Positions 9,636 through 20,794 of a stretch of DNA of 64,000 bases are shown in pieces. Below the pieces are notes generated by a model that saw only the letters and a program-made list of their open reading frames with translations, made no database searches and was not told where the DNA came from. Position 1 is the stretch's first letter. Every line of letters starts with the position of its first letter. The translations under genes and the position numbers were made by a program. Origin of the DNA: an uncultured Pseudomonadota bacterium. GTDB taxonomy: Bacteria; Oederibacteriota; Muellerivitia; Muellerivitales; Muellerivitaceae. The stretch spans positions 448,001 through 512,000 of the forward strand of contig CAWIIP010000001.1 in assembly GCA_963836235.1 (NCBI GenBank), given 5' to 3'.

Positions 9636-10795
9636 TTCAGCTTTGATAACCTTTGAATGGCTTCTTCCAGTCGGGCCTTGTCAACCGTAATAGTCATCCG
9701 AAAATAGCCTTCACCTTCCTTGCCGAAACCGTTACCTGGAGTTACAACAATACCGGCTTCTTCCAGCACCTTACCGCACCAGTCGGAGGAAGACATGCCA
9801 TTGGGCACCTTAACCCAAAAATAAAAGGCCGCTTCGGGCACATGGAACTGCCAACCCAGTTTTTTTAATCCGGCGGCAAAAACATCCCGGCGTTCTTGGT
9901 AGATTTTGCGAATATTTTCCGTAACCGAATCGGGTGCCTCCAGCGCAGCGATCCCGGCATATTGGACCGGGTTGAAAACGCCCGAATCTAGGTTGCCTTT
10001 CACGTCGGCCAAGGCTTTTACCACGCTCTTATTGCCGACGGCGAAGCCCACCCGCCAGCCAGTCATGTTGAAGGTTTTCGAGAGGGAATGAAATTCGACT
10101 CCGATTTCCTTGGCCCCCGGCAGTTCGAGGAAGCTGACGGGTTTTTTGCCGTCATAGTAGATTTCCGTGTAGGCGGCGTCGTTCGCTACGATCAGGCTAT
10201 ATTTTTGGGCGAAAGCGATGACCTTAGTGAAAAAATCTTTTCCCGCTAGGACCGCAGTGGGGTTGTTGGGCGAATTGGTCCAAATCAACTTGGCCTTCTT
10301 AAGAACTTCGGCCGGGATGGCGTCAAAATCGGGCAAAAAACCGTTCTTTTCCAAAAGCGGCATGAAATAGGATTCACCGCCGGCAAAAAGGGTTCCCGCA
10401 TGGTATACCGGATACCCGGGCGACGGCATCAAAACCACATCTCCTGGGTTGATGATCCCGATGGGTAAATGGCCGATTCCCTCTTTGGAACCAATGAGTG
10501 CCACCACCTCATTCTTTGGGTCCAGCTTGACGCCAAATCGACGGTCATACCAATGGGCGATGGCCTCGCGAAACTTGGGAAGTCCCGGTCCCAAGGGATA
10601 CTGGTGGTTGGCCTTATCCCTGGCGGCTTTATAAAGGGCTTCGACGATGAATTCGGGGGTCGCCAGGTCGGGATCGCCGATGGCCAGGCTGATGATGTCC
10701 ACACCCTTTTCAATGGCGGCCTTTTTCTTCTTGTCCATCTCGATAAAAAGATAGGGCGGCAGTTTTTTCATCCGATCGGCTTGAGGGAAATCCAT
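9632..10795 (-). CDS. dapL: LL-diaminopimelate aminotransferase (class I PLP enzyme)
   Basis: LPPYLF, GDPD, GSKEG, SPNNPT, SLSKTFNMTGWRVG; dapA/dapB context. Confidence 0.85.
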   Translation of the reverse strand: MDFPQADRMKKLPPYLFIEMDKKKKAAIEKGVDIISLAIGDPDLATPEFIVEALYKAARDKANHQYPLGPGLPKFREAIAHWYDRRFGVKLDPKNEVVALIGSKEGIGHLPIGIINPGDVVLMPSPGYPVYHAGTLFAGGESYFMPLLEKNGFLPDFDAIPAEVLKKAKLIWTNSPNNPTAVLAGKDFFTKVIAFAQKYSLIVANDAAYTEIYYDGKKPVSFLELPGAKEIGVEFHSLSKTFNMTGWRVGFAVGNKSVVKALADVKGNLDSGVFNPVQYAGIAALEAPDSVTENIRKIYQERRDVFAAGLKKLGWQFHVPEAAFYFWVKVPNGMSSSDWCGKVLEEAGIVVTPGNGFGKEGEGYFRMTITVDKARLEEAIQRLSKLK

Positions 10796-10809
10796 TCCAT
10801 CCTCCGGTA

Positions 10810-11577
10810 TTAAATAGCGGCAACCTGGTTTCGAAGAACGCCGATGCCTTCCACTTCAACCTCAACCATATCCCCCGGTTTTACGGGCCCAATGCCGGCG
10901 GGAGTCCCCGTGGTAAAAACATCCAGGGGTTCCAGGGTCATGACTTTCGAGGCGAAAGAAAGTAATTCGGCGGTGTTCCATATCCTCATTGAAATCTTGG
11001 AAGATTGCTTCACTTCTCCATTGACCCGGCTCAGGATTTTCTGGCCCTTCTCGACGAAATCCGTCACTAACCATGGGCCCAAGGGACAAAAGCTGTCAAA
11101 ACCCTTGGCGCGGGCCCATTGGCCATCGACCTTTTGCAAATCCCGGGCCGTTACGTCGTTGCAACAGGTAAAACCCCATACCGCTTCCAAAGCTTCTTTA
11201 GGTTCCGCGTTGCGCAGGCGGTGTTTCAGGACCACGGCCAACTCCGCCTCGTAATCCACCCGGGAGGATGAGGGAGGATACAGGATTTTACCTTCGGGTT
11301 TCAATAAAGCGGAGGGGGGTTTCAGAAAAAGAACCGGTTCCCTGTGGTCCTCATGCTTCATTTCCTGAATATGCTCCCGGTAATTCAAACCAACCGCGAC
11401 AATTTTACCGGGAATGGCCGGCGCCAGGAGGTGCTCCGTATGGACCGGGTAGGATTTGGGGTCAAAAGTTTGGTCGTTCCAGGGTTCGTCCGAATGGAAA
11501 AGGCGGTAAGTGTCCCCGGATTCCAACATCATGGCCCATCGGGGCTTGTTGCCATGTAGGAGCCGGGCGATTCTCAT
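10810..11577 (-). CDS. Fumarylacetoacetate hydrolase family protein
   Basis: KIVAVGLNY, VDYEAEL, NDVTARDLQ, RAKGFDSFCPLGP, TGTPAG; ATG at 11577 preferred because the longer ORF start lies inside a palindromic repeat. Confidence 0.9.
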   Translation of the reverse strand: MRIARLLHGNKPRWAMMLESGDTYRLFHSDEPWNDQTFDPKSYPVHTEHLLAPAIPGKIVAVGLNYREHIQEMKHEDHREPVLFLKPPSALLKPEGKILYPPSSSRVDYEAELAVVLKHRLRNAEPKEALEAVWGFTCCNDVTARDLQKVDGQWARAKGFDSFCPLGPWLVTDFVEKGQKILSRVNGEVKQSSKISMRIWNTAELLSFASKVMTLEPLDVFTTGTPAGIGPVKPGDMVEVEVEGIGVLRNQVAAI

Positions 11578-11592
11578 TGAACACCCTATCTC

Positions 11593-11686
11593 ACCACAAA
11601 GCCACAGAGGCACGGTTAAAAGCAAAAAGATTCTGGATGAATTCCATCAATTCTTGCCTTTCGCCGTGCCTCTGTGCCTTTGTGGT
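11593..11686. repeat. Intergenic REP/MITE-like palindromic element
   Basis: Arms ACCACAAAGCCACAGAGGCACGG (11593-11615) and CCGTGCCTCTGTGCCTTTGTGGT (11664-11686) are complementary at 22/23 positions. Confidence 0.85.
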
Positions 11687-11701
11687 AAAAATGGTTTTGG
11701 C

Positions 11702-12514
11702 TTATCGAAGACCAAGGACATCCCACATGTCATAGAAACCGTCTTTTTTATTGGAAAGAAACAAGGCCGCTTTCAACGCCCCTTGCGCGAAAGCTTCCCG
11801 GCTATGGGCCCGGTGGGTCAATTCCAGGCGTTCGCCCGGCCCGGCATAAAGAACCGTATGGTCGCCGACGACGTCACCGCCCCGAACCGCGTGAAAACCG
11901 ATTGTCCCCTTTTGACGCTCACCGACCTGCCCTTCCCGTCCGTGGATCGAAATGTCTTTCAAGTTCGCTTTCCAACCCCGGGCGACTGATTCCCCCAGGC
12001 TTAAAGCTGAACCCGAGGGCGCGTCTTTCTTAAAATGATGGTGGGTTTCCAAGATTTCAACGTCATAATCTTGTCCCAGTTTTGCCGCGGCTTCTTCCAC
12101 TAGCGCAAAAAGAAGGTTCATTCCGACGCTCATGTTTGTGGACATAAGAATGGGGATTGTTTTGGCGGCTTCATGAATTTGTTTCTTTTCCGAATCCGAC
12201 AAACCGGTCGTCCCAATCACTAAACCGACACCACAGGCCGCAGCCTCCTTCAAATAACCAAATGTCGCTGCCGGCTGGGTAAAATCGATGAGAACTTGAG
12301 GTTTGGGATTCAGACTGGAAAGGGTAGAATGGATGGAAGCTCTCACGCCAGGCCCTATGGAAGGCAAGGCTTCTGAAAGGTTTTTACCTATGGCCGGATG
12401 AGAGCTGTTTTCCAAGGCCCCGGTGATTTCAAATTGCGGGTTTTTTAAAGCCAGTTCAAGGATGGTGTGGCCCATCCGGCCTGTGGCGCCGGATACGGCG
12501 AGACGAACACTCAT
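11702..12514 (-). CDS. dapB: 4-hydroxy-tetrahydrodipicolinate reductase
   Basis: GATGRMG, IDFT, IGTTG, ETHHHFKKDAPSGSA, REAFAQGA. Confidence 0.97.
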   Translation of the reverse strand: MSVRLAVSGATGRMGHTILELALKNPQFEITGALENSSHPAIGKNLSEALPSIGPGVRASIHSTLSSLNPKPQVLIDFTQPAATFGYLKEAAACGVGLVIGTTGLSDSEKKQIHEAAKTIPILMSTNMSVGMNLLFALVEEAAAKLGQDYDVEILETHHHFKKDAPSGSALSLGESVARGWKANLKDISIHGREGQVGERQKGTIGFHAVRGGDVVGDHTVLYAGPGERLELTHRAHSREAFAQGALKAALFLSNKKDGFYDMWDVLGLR

Positions 12515-13407
12515 CGACTTTTTCCGGCGGTAGCTAAAAGACCATATTTATCCAATAGTTTACGTAATGTTTCTTTTGCATCCGTTGCTAATGGAACCAG
12601 GGGCAGTCGAAACTCTTCGGCTACCTGTTCACGAAGGGCCAATACCGTTTTGATGCCCACTGGGTTTACATCCACATCCCTAATCGCTTTAACCAAATCG
12701 AAATATTTAAAGAAAAGCTCTCGGGATTCATCGATCTTACCTTCAAGGTAACTATGAACGACACGAGAAGTTTCTTGCGGTAAGAGATGGGATGTAACGG
12801 AAATTACACCAACTCCTCCGACCGCCAGAATCGGAAGAGTAATGGTATCGTCACCTGAAATTAAGTCAAAATCCGGTCGGCACAGCGATCTCACTTTAAT
12901 CATTTGTTCTAAATTGCCGCTTGCTTCCTTGACTCCCACAATATTACGGTGACCGGAAAGTTCAGCGATCGTTTCCGGGGTCATATTGATCACTGACCTG
13001 CCCGGAATGTTGTAAAGAACTTGGGGAATATCGACCGCATTGGCAACGGCGGTAAAATGAGCGATTAACCCTTTTTGATTCGGTTTGTTGTAATAAGGCG
13101 AGACTAAAAGGACGGCGTCAGCGCCAGCATCTTTAGCATAGCGGGTGTGATGGATAGCTTCCGCAGTGGAATTGGAACCTGTTCCGGCAATGACTGGTAC
13201 TCTTTTGCGGGCGGTTTTGACCGTGAATGAAATTACTTCATCATGCTCTTTGTCAGTGAGCGTGGGCGACTCGCCTGTTGTTCCACAAGGCACAAGGCCG
13301 TCAATACCTTTAGATATTTGGCTTTCAATCAAGGCTTCAAGGGCGGCGTAGTCTACCTGCCCGTTTTTGAAAGGCGTTACCAACGCCGTGTAAGCACCGC
13401 GAAACAT
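12511..13407 (-). CDS. dapA: 4-hydroxy-tetrahydrodipicolinate synthase
   Basis: ALVTPF, CGTTGESPTL, PYYNKP, LYNIPGRS, GVKEASG. Confidence 0.97.
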   Translation of the reverse strand: MFRGAYTALVTPFKNGQVDYAALEALIESQISKGIDGLVPCGTTGESPTLTDKEHDEVISFTVKTARKRVPVIAGTGSNSTAEAIHHTRYAKDAGADAVLLVSPYYNKPNQKGLIAHFTAVANAVDIPQVLYNIPGRSVINMTPETIAELSGHRNIVGVKEASGNLEQMIKVRSLCRPDFDLISGDDTITLPILAVGGVGVISVTSHLLPQETSRVVHSYLEGKIDESRELFFKYFDLVKAIRDVDVNPVGIKTVLALREQVAEEFRLPLVPLATDAKETLRKLLDKYGLLATAGKSR

Positions 13408-13439
13408 TTGATTTACCGGTCCTTTGTTCCAAAATACAA

Positions 13440-13457
13440 AACCCCCTGACGGGGGTT
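13440..13457 (-). terminator. Terminator-like hairpin in the dapA leader
   Basis: Minus strand AACCCCC-GTCA-GGGGGTT followed by TTGTATTTT. Confidence 0.6.
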
Positions 13458-13474
13458 GGAGTAGAGTGAAAGCT

Positions 13475-13503
13475 ATACTAGGGAATTTTTCCGGCTATCG
13501 CAA
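13475..13503 (-). promoter_or_regulatory. Putative sigma70 promoter for dapA
   Basis: TTGCGA-17 nt-TAGTAT on the minus strand. Confidence 0.5.
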
Positions 13504-13523
13504 GTGAACTTTGTGGGACCGGC

Positions 13524-14771
13524 TTACGGTAGGATTTTTTCTAACCGGACCAAATCCTTCCAAGTCTGCCGTTGGCGCGCCACTTGGAAGCGATTGCCCC
13601 GCACCACAATTTCGGGGGCCAGTGGCCGGGAGTTGTAGGTGCTTCCCATCACACTGCCATAGGCACCCGCGGAAAAGACGACGAACAGATCCCCGCGTTT
13701 TGCCAGGGGAAGTTTGCGGTTTTTCGCGAGGAAATCGGTCGATTCACAAATCGGACCCACCACATCCACCGTTTGAACATGCTTTTGGAAGCCTTCGGCG
13801 GGCGCTAGGTGGTGGTAAGCTTCATAAAGGGCTGGCCGTATTAAATCCCCCATGCCAGCATCGACAATATAAAAGGTTTTCTTGCCACTTTTCTTGACAT
13901 AAATCACCCGAGTCAGGATCACACCTGAATTCCCGGAAATAAACCGGCCCAGTTCCAAAATAAGCCTGGCGTTGAGCCTTTTCATTACGGGCAGGACTAA
14001 AGAAGCGTATTGGGAAGCCTTGGGGGGCTTTTCATCCTGGTAATGGATGCCGTAACCGCCGCCCAGGTTCACGTCATAGATGGGGAACCCTTCCCGGCGC
14101 AGTTTCAAAACGATTTGTTCCACAACCCTGGCCGACTTGCCCAAAGGCGAGGTCTGCGTCATTTGGCTTCCTATATGGGCGTGGACGCCCGTCCAACGCA
14201 CCGAAGTGGATTCGCGGACGGTTTTCATCACCTCATCCAGATCCCCCAAAAAAACCCCGAACTTATTCTCTTTTTTTCCCGTGGAAATATAGTGGTGGGT
14301 CAGTGCGTCAATATTCGGATTAAATCGGATGGCGATGGGCGCGATTTTCTTGAGCCTTTTGGCCACGGCGTTGATCGCCAAAATTTCTGGAATGGATTCC
14401 ACATTAAAGTAGCGAATTTCCTCCTTCAAAGCATAAGCGATCTCATCGTCGGTCTTCCCAACACCCGCGAAGATAATCTTACCCGCCGGAACACCTGCCT
14501 TGCGGGCCTTGAACAATTCCCCACCCGAAACTACGTCCGCACCCGAACCCAGCTTGGCCAGAGAATGGATGACCGACAAGTTGTCGTTGGTCTTGATCGA
14601 ATAGGCGACTAAATGCGGTACGGATTTATAGGCATGGTCGACTTCCCGATAACGTGCTTCAAAGGCCGGCAGACTGTAAACATAGCAGGGCGTCCCCACC
14701 TTTTCGGCGATCTTTGACAAGGCTACTCCATCCGAATACCAGCGGTTGTTTTTAAAATGAAATCCGGTCAT
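13524..14771 (-). CDS. lysA: Diaminopimelate decarboxylase
   Basis: YSIKTN (PLP Lys), DVVSGGE, HAHIGSQ, NLGGG, GPICES, GAYG...YNSRP. Confidence 0.96.
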   Translation of the reverse strand: MTGFHFKNNRWYSDGVALSKIAEKVGTPCYVYSLPAFEARYREVDHAYKSVPHLVAYSIKTNDNLSVIHSLAKLGSGADVVSGGELFKARKAGVPAGKIIFAGVGKTDDEIAYALKEEIRYFNVESIPEILAINAVAKRLKKIAPIAIRFNPNIDALTHHYISTGKKENKFGVFLGDLDEVMKTVRESTSVRWTGVHAHIGSQMTQTSPLGKSARVVEQIVLKLRREGFPIYDVNLGGGYGIHYQDEKPPKASQYASLVLPVMKRLNARLILELGRFISGNSGVILTRVIYVKKSGKKTFYIVDAGMGDLIRPALYEAYHHLAPAEGFQKHVQTVDVVGPICESTDFLAKNRKLPLAKRGDLFVVFSAGAYGSVMGSTYNSRPLAPEIVVRGNRFQVARQRQTWKDLVRLEKILP

Positions 14772-14778
14772 AAATGCC

Positions 14779-16179
14779 TCACAAGGCTAATCTTTTTTTA
14801 ATTTTGAAGATTTCTTTCCTCAGTAGGGCAGCCTGTTTCAGAACATTCTTGGGAGAAGTTCCTCCAATGGATTTTTTCTGATTGACCGAATGGTGAATTG
14901 AAAGATTTTCAGCTGTTCTTTTTGGGAATAAATCGGAAAACTTGTTTAACTCATGATCGTTTAAATCCTGGATGCGTTTTCCGTGTTCCAGGCAATAGTT
15001 CACCACTTGTCCGACGGCCTCATGGGCTCTTCGGAAAGGCATGCCCTGAGTAACCAAAATATCAGCCAAATCCGTCGCCAAAAGAGTCAAATCTGCGTCG
15101 GCCTTCTCGGCCATTGTTTCCCGTTTGAACTTCACCGAGGCCAAAAAACCGGACATGGTTTTCAGGGAAGATATCACCGTGTCCGCCGAGTCAAAAACGT
15201 AATGCTTGTCTTCCTGCAGATCCCGGTTATAAGACAGAGGCAATCCCTTTAAAACTGTTAAAAGTCCGGTCAAATTAGCGATGGTTCGGCCCGCTTTTCC
15301 CCTGATAAGTTCCGCCACATCCGGATTTTTCTTTTGGGGCATCAAACTGGAACCGGTCGTAAAAGCGTCGTCCATTTCAATAAAGTTGAATTCGGTACTC
15401 GCCCAAAGAATGATGTCTTCGGAAAGTCTCGAAAGATGCATTTGGGTGATCGCCGCGGCCGAAAGAAAATCCACATAAACATCCCGGTCGGAAACCGCGT
15501 CCAGGCTGTTTTGAAGAACCGACTTCAACCCAAGCATTTTTGCCGTCAGCTTGCGGTCAAAGGCATGATTGGTTCCAGCCAAAGCGCCCGAACCTAAAGG
15601 CAGAGCATTCGCCCTGTCCCAAGTGGCAAGAAATCGGTCCATGTCCCGTGTCAACATGAAGGCATAGGCGGCCAGATGATGTCCAAGGGTAATGGGCATG
15701 GCCCTCTGGAGATGAGTATAACCTGGCATGAGAGTATCTTTTTCATCAACCGTAAGACGCGTCAAAAGTTCTACCAAAGTGATCCCAGCTTGGACGGCCT
15801 CCCGAACGGCATGCCGTAAATAAAGGCGGAAATCCGTGGCTACCTGGTCGTTACGGGACCTACCGGTATGAAGTTTGCCGCCTATGGGTCCTATAATCTG
15901 GGTGAGCGCCTTCTCAACCGCCGTGTGAATATCTTCCAAACTGGAATCAAGCGGCAATTTGCCTGATTCGAGAAGGCTTTTCACCTTTTGAAGTCCGGAT
16001 GATAATTTTTTGCCCTCTTGGGACTTTAAAAGCTTAGCTTTTACCAGGGTTTGGACATGGGCCAGGCTTCCCTCAATGTCAAAAGGCGCCAACCGCTGGT
16101 CGAAGGAAATCGACTCGGTAAAGGCCTCTACTTGAGGGTCAGTGGATTTTTTAAACCGTCCTCCCCATGTTTTCTTCAT
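14779..16179 (-). CDS. argH: Argininosuccinate lyase
   Basis: [37 protein letters not shown]. Confidence 0.97.
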   Translation of the reverse strand: MKKTWGGRFKKSTDPQVEAFTESISFDQRLAPFDIEGSLAHVQTLVKAKLLKSQEGKKLSSGLQKVKSLLESGKLPLDSSLEDIHTAVEKALTQIIGPIGGKLHTGRSRNDQVATDFRLYLRHAVREAVQAGITLVELLTRLTVDEKDTLMPGYTHLQRAMPITLGHHLAAYAFMLTRDMDRFLATWDRANALPLGSGALAGTNHAFDRKLTAKMLGLKSVLQNSLDAVSDRDVYVDFLSAAAITQMHLSRLSEDIILWASTEFNFIEMDDAFTTGSSLMPQKKNPDVAELIRGKAGRTIANLTGLLTVLKGLPLSYNRDLQEDKHYVFDSADTVISSLKTMSGFLASVKFKRETMAEKADADLTLLATDLADILVTQGMPFRRAHEAVGQVVNYCLEHGKRIQDLNDHELNKFSDLFPKRTAENLSIHHSVNQKKSIGGTSPKNVLKQAALLRKEIFKIKKRLAL

Positions 16180-17387
16180 TTGGTTTTCCTTTTCACCATG
16201 CCCACCACCTTTAAAGGCAGGCCGAACAAACGGATGAATCCCTCGGCGTCTTTTTGGTTATAAACAGCGTCCTCGCCAAAAGTCGCCAGGTCCTGTTGAT
16301 AGAGGGAATAAACCGATCTGGCGCCGGTCGCGACGACCCTGCCCGGATTCAGTTCGACCCGGACATCGCCAGTCACATTTTTTTGCATCTCCCGATAGTA
16401 GGCTTCCAACGCGTCCCGCAAGGGCGAAAACCACTGGCCGTTATAAACGAGGTCCGCGTATTTTACCGACATCACCTGGCTGTGATGCAGTATGTCCCTT
16501 TCAACGGTCAGGCTTTGCAAAGCCCGATGGGCTTCATACAGAACGGTAGCACCGGGAGATTCGTAAACCCCGCGGCTTTTCATTCCCACCAGCCTGTTTT
16601 CGACGATATCCATCCGGCCGATACCGTAAACGGCGGCTAGTTTGTTCAGTTTTTCAACCAAAGCGACAGCCGTGAGCTTCTTGCCGCTCAATCCGACGGG
16701 TATTCCGGATTTAAAATGAACAATTGCGTTCAAAGGCTTCTTCGGGGCCAATGCCGGATCTTTTGTCGTCAAGAAAACATGTTTCGATGGCGCGTTCCAG
16801 GGATCTTCCAATTCCCCGCCTTCATGGCTTAAGTGCCAGAGATTCCCATCCATGGAATAAGGCCTTTTTTTGGTGACGGGTATTTCAATGCCATGTTTTT
16901 CGGCGTAATCGATGGCGTCCTCGCGGGACTTGATGTCCCACTCCCGCCATGGGGCGATGATCTTCAAATGGGGGGCTAGGGCCATCACCGTCAATTCAAA
17001 ACGGACTTGGTCGTTTCCTTTACCAGTTGCGCCATGGCAAATAGCGTCCGCGCCTTCTTTCAAAGCGGTTTCCACTAATCCTTTTGCGATGACAGGCCTG
17101 GCCAGCGAAGTTCCCAACAAATAGGTTCCCTCGTATTTGGCTTGGGCCCTCAAGGCTGGAAAACAATATTCCTCAAGGAATTCTTTCCGCTGGTCTTTAA
17201 CAACCACCTTGATGGCTCCCGTGTGCAAAGCTTTAGCCCGGGCGGGGCCGACTTCCTTGCCTTGGCCTACATCGGAAATGAAAGCCACGACTTCACACCG
17301 GTAGTTTTCTTTCAGCCAGGGAATAATGACGGAAGTATCGAGCCCTCCGGAATAAGCCAGCACAACCTTTTTCACTTGTGGTCTCAT
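16176..17387 (-). CDS. argG: Argininosuccinate synthase
   Basis: [38 protein letters not shown]. Confidence 0.98.
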   Translation of the reverse strand: MRPQVKKVVLAYSGGLDTSVIIPWLKENYRCEVVAFISDVGQGKEVGPARAKALHTGAIKVVVKDQRKEFLEEYCFPALRAQAKYEGTYLLGTSLARPVIAKGLVETALKEGADAICHGATGKGNDQVRFELTVMALAPHLKIIAPWREWDIKSREDAIDYAEKHGIEIPVTKKRPYSMDGNLWHLSHEGGELEDPWNAPSKHVFLTTKDPALAPKKPLNAIVHFKSGIPVGLSGKKLTAVALVEKLNKLAAVYGIGRMDIVENRLVGMKSRGVYESPGATVLYEAHRALQSLTVERDILHHSQVMSVKYADLVYNGQWFSPLRDALEAYYREMQKNVTGDVRVELNPGRVVATGARSVYSLYQQDLATFGEDAVYNQKDAEGFIRLFGLPLKVVGMVKRKTK

Positions 17388-18319
17388 TTTTTCCCTCTTT
17401 TACCCATAAGCGTCACCAGCAGGGCCTTTTGGGCATGCAATCGGTTTTCGGCCTGGTCCCAAACCCTCGATTGTTTTCCATCCATCACTCCAGCGCTCAC
17501 TTCTTCCCCGCGGTGGGCGGGCAGGCAATGGAGAAAGATGGCTTTGGGTGACTCGGCCATAAGCTTTTCATTGATTTGAAACCCCCTGAAATCCTTCAAC
17601 CTTTTGGCGCTCTCGGCTTCCTGGCCCATGCTGGTCCAAACGTCGGTATAGACCACATCCGCCCCTTCGACCGACCCATGGACAAGATGAGTGACCTCCA
17701 TCCGGCATCCGTTCTTCTTCCCCTCCGTCCGGGCATAAGCCAGTATGGAATCGTTGGGCACATAGCCAGCAGGACAGACCAATTTAAAATGGATACCAGT
17801 CTTCGCCGAACCCACCATCAGGCTATGGGCGACATTATTGCCGTCCCCGATAAATACAATTTGAAGACCTTTCAGTTTCTTAAAATTCTCTTGGATGGTC
17901 TGTAAATCCGCGAGAGTTTGGCAAGGGTGATGGCCGTCGCTCAATCCATTGATCACAGGCACGGTTGCGTGTTTAGCTAACTCCTCGACCGTTTCCTGGG
18001 CGAAAGTCCGGATCATGATTCCCTGGACGAAACGCGAAAGAACCCGGGCCGTATCCGCCACGGTTTCGCTCTTGCCGAGGTGGAGATCCTGTTTGTTCAT
18101 GAAGAGGGCGTGTCCACCCAGTTGGACCATGCCAACCTCAAAGGAAACACGCGTCCGGGTGGAACTTTTCTCAAAAATCATGGCTAAAGATTGGCCTTTT
18201 AAGACATCAACGTATTTGGCGGGTGTTTTTTTGATCTTGGCGGCCAAAACCAGAAGTTGCGCGACTTCATCCGAGGAAAATTCCATTAACGTCAATAAAT
18301 GTTTTGGAGAAGTGGACAT
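17384..18319 (-). CDS. argF: Ornithine carbamoyltransferase
   Basis: [41 protein letters not shown]. Confidence 0.97.
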   Translation of the reverse strand: MSTSPKHLLTLMEFSSDEVAQLLVLAAKIKKTPAKYVDVLKGQSLAMIFEKSSTRTRVSFEVGMVQLGGHALFMNKQDLHLGKSETVADTARVLSRFVQGIMIRTFAQETVEELAKHATVPVINGLSDGHHPCQTLADLQTIQENFKKLKGLQIVFIGDGNNVAHSLMVGSAKTGIHFKLVCPAGYVPNDSILAYARTEGKKNGCRMEVTHLVHGSVEGADVVYTDVWTSMGQEAESAKRLKDFRGFQINEKLMAESPKAIFLHCLPAHRGEEVSAGVMDGKQSRVWDQAENRLHAQKALLVTLMGKRGKK

Positions 18320-18329
18320 AGGAGTTTCC

Positions 18330-19532
18330 TTAAGCTGACTTCAGCTCGTCGGCGATGGCTTTTTCCAGCTTATTCAAAGCTTGGTCGATATCCTGTGAGG
18401 TAATAATAAGGGGCGGAAGAAACCGCAGGACATTCTCATGGGCGGAGCCCACCAACAAACCCTGCTTGGCGCAATGGGAAACCATCGGTGCCGCCTTTCG
18501 GGTCATTTCCAAGCCAAGCACCAAACCAATTCCCCTGACTTCGGTAAAAAGTTGCGGGTATTCCCGCAGGATGTCATTTAATCCCTCTTTTAACTTCTCT
18601 CCCATTTTCGCGGCATGGGCCACCAAGTCTTTCATGAGGATGGCCTCAATGGTGGCGATAGACGCGGCGCTCACGATGGGATTACCGCCAAAAGTGGAAG
18701 CATGGTCGCCGGGCTGAAAACCATGACCGACCTGATTGGTGACCAAAAGCGCCCCCATCGGAAGGCCACCGCCCAATGCCTTTGCCGAGACCATCATGTC
18801 AGGCTCAATGCCGTAATGCTCATAGGCCCACATTTTGCCGGTTCGGCCCAATCCTGTTTGGACTTCGTCCAGGATCAGAAGAATTCCTTTTTCCCGGGTT
18901 AAGTCCCGCAATTCCTTTAAGAACTTGGGGTCGGCGGGCTGGATACCACCCTCGCATTGAATGGGTTCAATGAGAACCGCCGCCGTCTTATCGTTGATTA
19001 ACCCTTTGACGCTTTCGATATTATTGAAAGTAGCGAATTTGATGCCCGGTAAAAGCGGTTCCAAGCCTTCCTGGTACTTCATCTGGCCGGTAACCGATAT
19101 GGACCCATAGGTCCTTCCATGGAAGGAGTGGTAAAAGCTGATGATCTCGAATTTGTCTTTTCCCTGCTGCCGGAAATGTTTCCGGGACAGTTTAAGGGCG
19201 GCCTCGACAGCTTCCGTGCCCGAGTTGCAGAAAAAGATTTTTTGAGCGAAGGAAATCTCGCACAGCAATTTCGCTAACTTAACGTTCGGCTCGTTGTAAT
19301 AAACGTTGGAAACATGCCCCAGCTTTTTGGCTTCTTCGATGATCGCATTGACTACTTCCGGATAGGCCTGCCCCAGGCCGTTGACGGCTATCCCGGAAAA
19401 AAAATCCAGGTAAACCATCCTCTCCGAATCATAAACATGCACCCCTTCCCCGCGCATGAGGACGATCTTTTGCCGGTTATAGACCGGCAGGAGATAGTCA
19501 TCGCCATTCTGGATAATTTGGAAGGTTTCCAT
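18330..19532 (-). CDS. argD: Acetylornithine aminotransferase
   Basis: [54 protein letters not shown]. Confidence 0.93.
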   Translation of the reverse strand: METFQIIQNGDDYLLPVYNRQKIVLMRGEGVHVYDSERMVYLDFFSGIAVNGLGQAYPEVVNAIIEEAKKLGHVSNVYYNEPNVKLAKLLCEISFAQKIFFCNSGTEAVEAALKLSRKHFRQQGKDKFEIISFYHSFHGRTYGSISVTGQMKYQEGLEPLLPGIKFATFNNIESVKGLINDKTAAVLIEPIQCEGGIQPADPKFLKELRDLTREKGILLILDEVQTGLGRTGKMWAYEHYGIEPDMMVSAKALGGGLPMGALLVTNQVGHGFQPGDHASTFGGNPIVSAASIATIEAILMKDLVAHAAKMGEKLKEGLNDILREYPQLFTEVRGIGLVLGLEMTRKAAPMVSHCAKQGLLVGSAHENVLRFLPPLIITSQDIDQALNKLEKAIADELKSA

Positions 19533-19558
19533 GATCTTTGTCCTCGCTCAAAATGAAA

Positions 19559-19591
19559 AAGCCCCCGTGAGCCTTTCGCTTACGGGGACTT
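19559..19591 (-). terminator. Terminator-like hairpin in the argD leader
   Basis: Minus strand AAGTCCCCGTAAGC-GAAAG-GCTCACGGGGGCTT followed by TTTCATTTT. Confidence 0.7.
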
Positions 19592-19600
19592 ATGGATGGC

Positions 19601-19629
19601 ATCTTAATGTTAAAGGAATGGGCTGTCAA
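19601..19629 (-). promoter_or_regulatory. Putative sigma70 promoter for the arg operon
   Basis: TTGACA-17 nt-TAAGAT on the minus strand. Confidence 0.7.
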
Positions 19630-19648
19630 CCAGCCCCCTTTTACGCTT

Positions 19649-20794
19649 TTAAACCCGGATGGAAGGTTCGGTCAACTTCTCGAATTCCTCGATCGCATAG
19701 CGATCCGTCATGCCGGCGATGTAATCGCAAATGATTCGTTTAATGGGTTCAGCCTTGTTTTTGATCTTTTCACGAGTGTTCGTCGGCAGGATCGTTGGGT
19801 CGGCTTCATAAAGCTTAAACAGCTCCTGGATCACCTTAGCCGACTTCCCCTCCATCCGGGTGACCCGGTGATGGCGGTACATATTCTGAAAAAGATACTT
19901 TTTCATATCCAGGAACTGCTGGCGGAATTCATTTGAAAAGGACGTCAATTCCTCCGGACATTTACGGACATCCTCGACGGATTGAACCCCAAATTTCTCT
20001 ATTCGTTTTACCGTCTCATCCAGTAAATCCGTTACCTGTTCATCGATCAAAAACCTCACGGTTTGATATTTAATTTTATCTTTACTCAGTTGAGGATGCT
20101 TCGATTTAACTTTTTCCATATTACGCTTCCAAAGCGGAACTTCACTGAGCCCCTCAAAATCCAGGAGTCCGGAAGTGAGTCCGTCATCAATATCATGGGA
20201 GGTATAAGCAATCTCATCGGCCAAATCAACGATTTGGGCCTCCAAGGTATATTGCTCCCCGGCCCCACCCGGACGGTCATAACGCGTGCGATGTTTGTCC
20301 ACTCCTTCCAAAACTTCGTAGGTCAGGTTCAAACCCCGAAAATCAGGGTAACGGTCCTCCAAGTGAGTGACGATGCGGTAGCTTTGGGCATTGTGCTCGA
20401 AGCCGCCATCATTTTTCATGATTTCGTTGAGGACTTTTTCCCCAGAATGGCCGAAAGGGGTATGGCCCAGGTCATGGGCTAAAGCGATGGCCTCTGTCAG
20501 GTCCTGGTTTAAGCCCAGGCTTCTCGCTATGGAACGGGCGATCTGGGCAACTTCCATCGTGTGGGTGATACGGGTGCGGTAATAATCGCCCTCATGATTA
20601 ACAAAGACTTGGGTTTTATATTGGAGACGGCGAAAGGCCGAGGAATGAATGACCCGATCCCGGTCCCTTTGAAAAGCCGTCCGATAAGGATGTTCGGTCT
20701 CCGAATGTTGACGGCCCTTGCTTTGGCCGCACGTTTGACCATAAGAAGTGAGGCTTTGTTCTTCTAGTTTTTCGAGTTCTTCCCTGGTTTTCAT
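19649..20794 (-). CDS. dgt: Deoxyguanosinetriphosphate triphosphohydrolase-like HD protein
   Basis: FQRDRDRVIHSSAFRRLQYKTQV, RTRITHTMEV, AHDLGHTPFGH, DYIAGMTD. Confidence 0.93.
   Translation of the reverse strand: MKTREELEKLEEQSLTSYGQTCGQSKGRQHSETEHPYRTAFQRDRDRVIHSSAFRRLQYKTQVFVNHEGDYYRTRITHTMEVAQIARSIARSLGLNQDLTEAIALAHDLGHTPFGHSGEKVLNEIMKNDGGFEHNAQSYRIVTHLEDRYPDFRGLNLTYEVLEGVDKHRTRYDRPGGAGEQYTLEAQIVDLADEIAYTSHDIDDGLTSGLLDFEGLSEVPLWKRNMEKVKSKHPQLSKDKIKYQTVRFLIDEQVTDLLDETVKRIEKFGVQSVEDVRKCPEELTSFSNEFRQQFLDMKKYLFQNMYRHHRVTRMEGKSAKVIQELFKLYEADPTILPTNTREKIKNKAEPIKRIICDYIAGMTDRYAIEEFEKLTEPSIRV

Noticed and set aside
13408-13523. Lysine riboswitch or T-box ahead of dapA (and similarly ahead of argD)
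   Set aside because: The leaders are far too short and lack the conserved motifs.
19649-20794. dGTPase as an anti-phage defence gene
   Set aside because: Housekeeping-length Dgt in a core metabolic/tRNA context with no defence-island neighbours.
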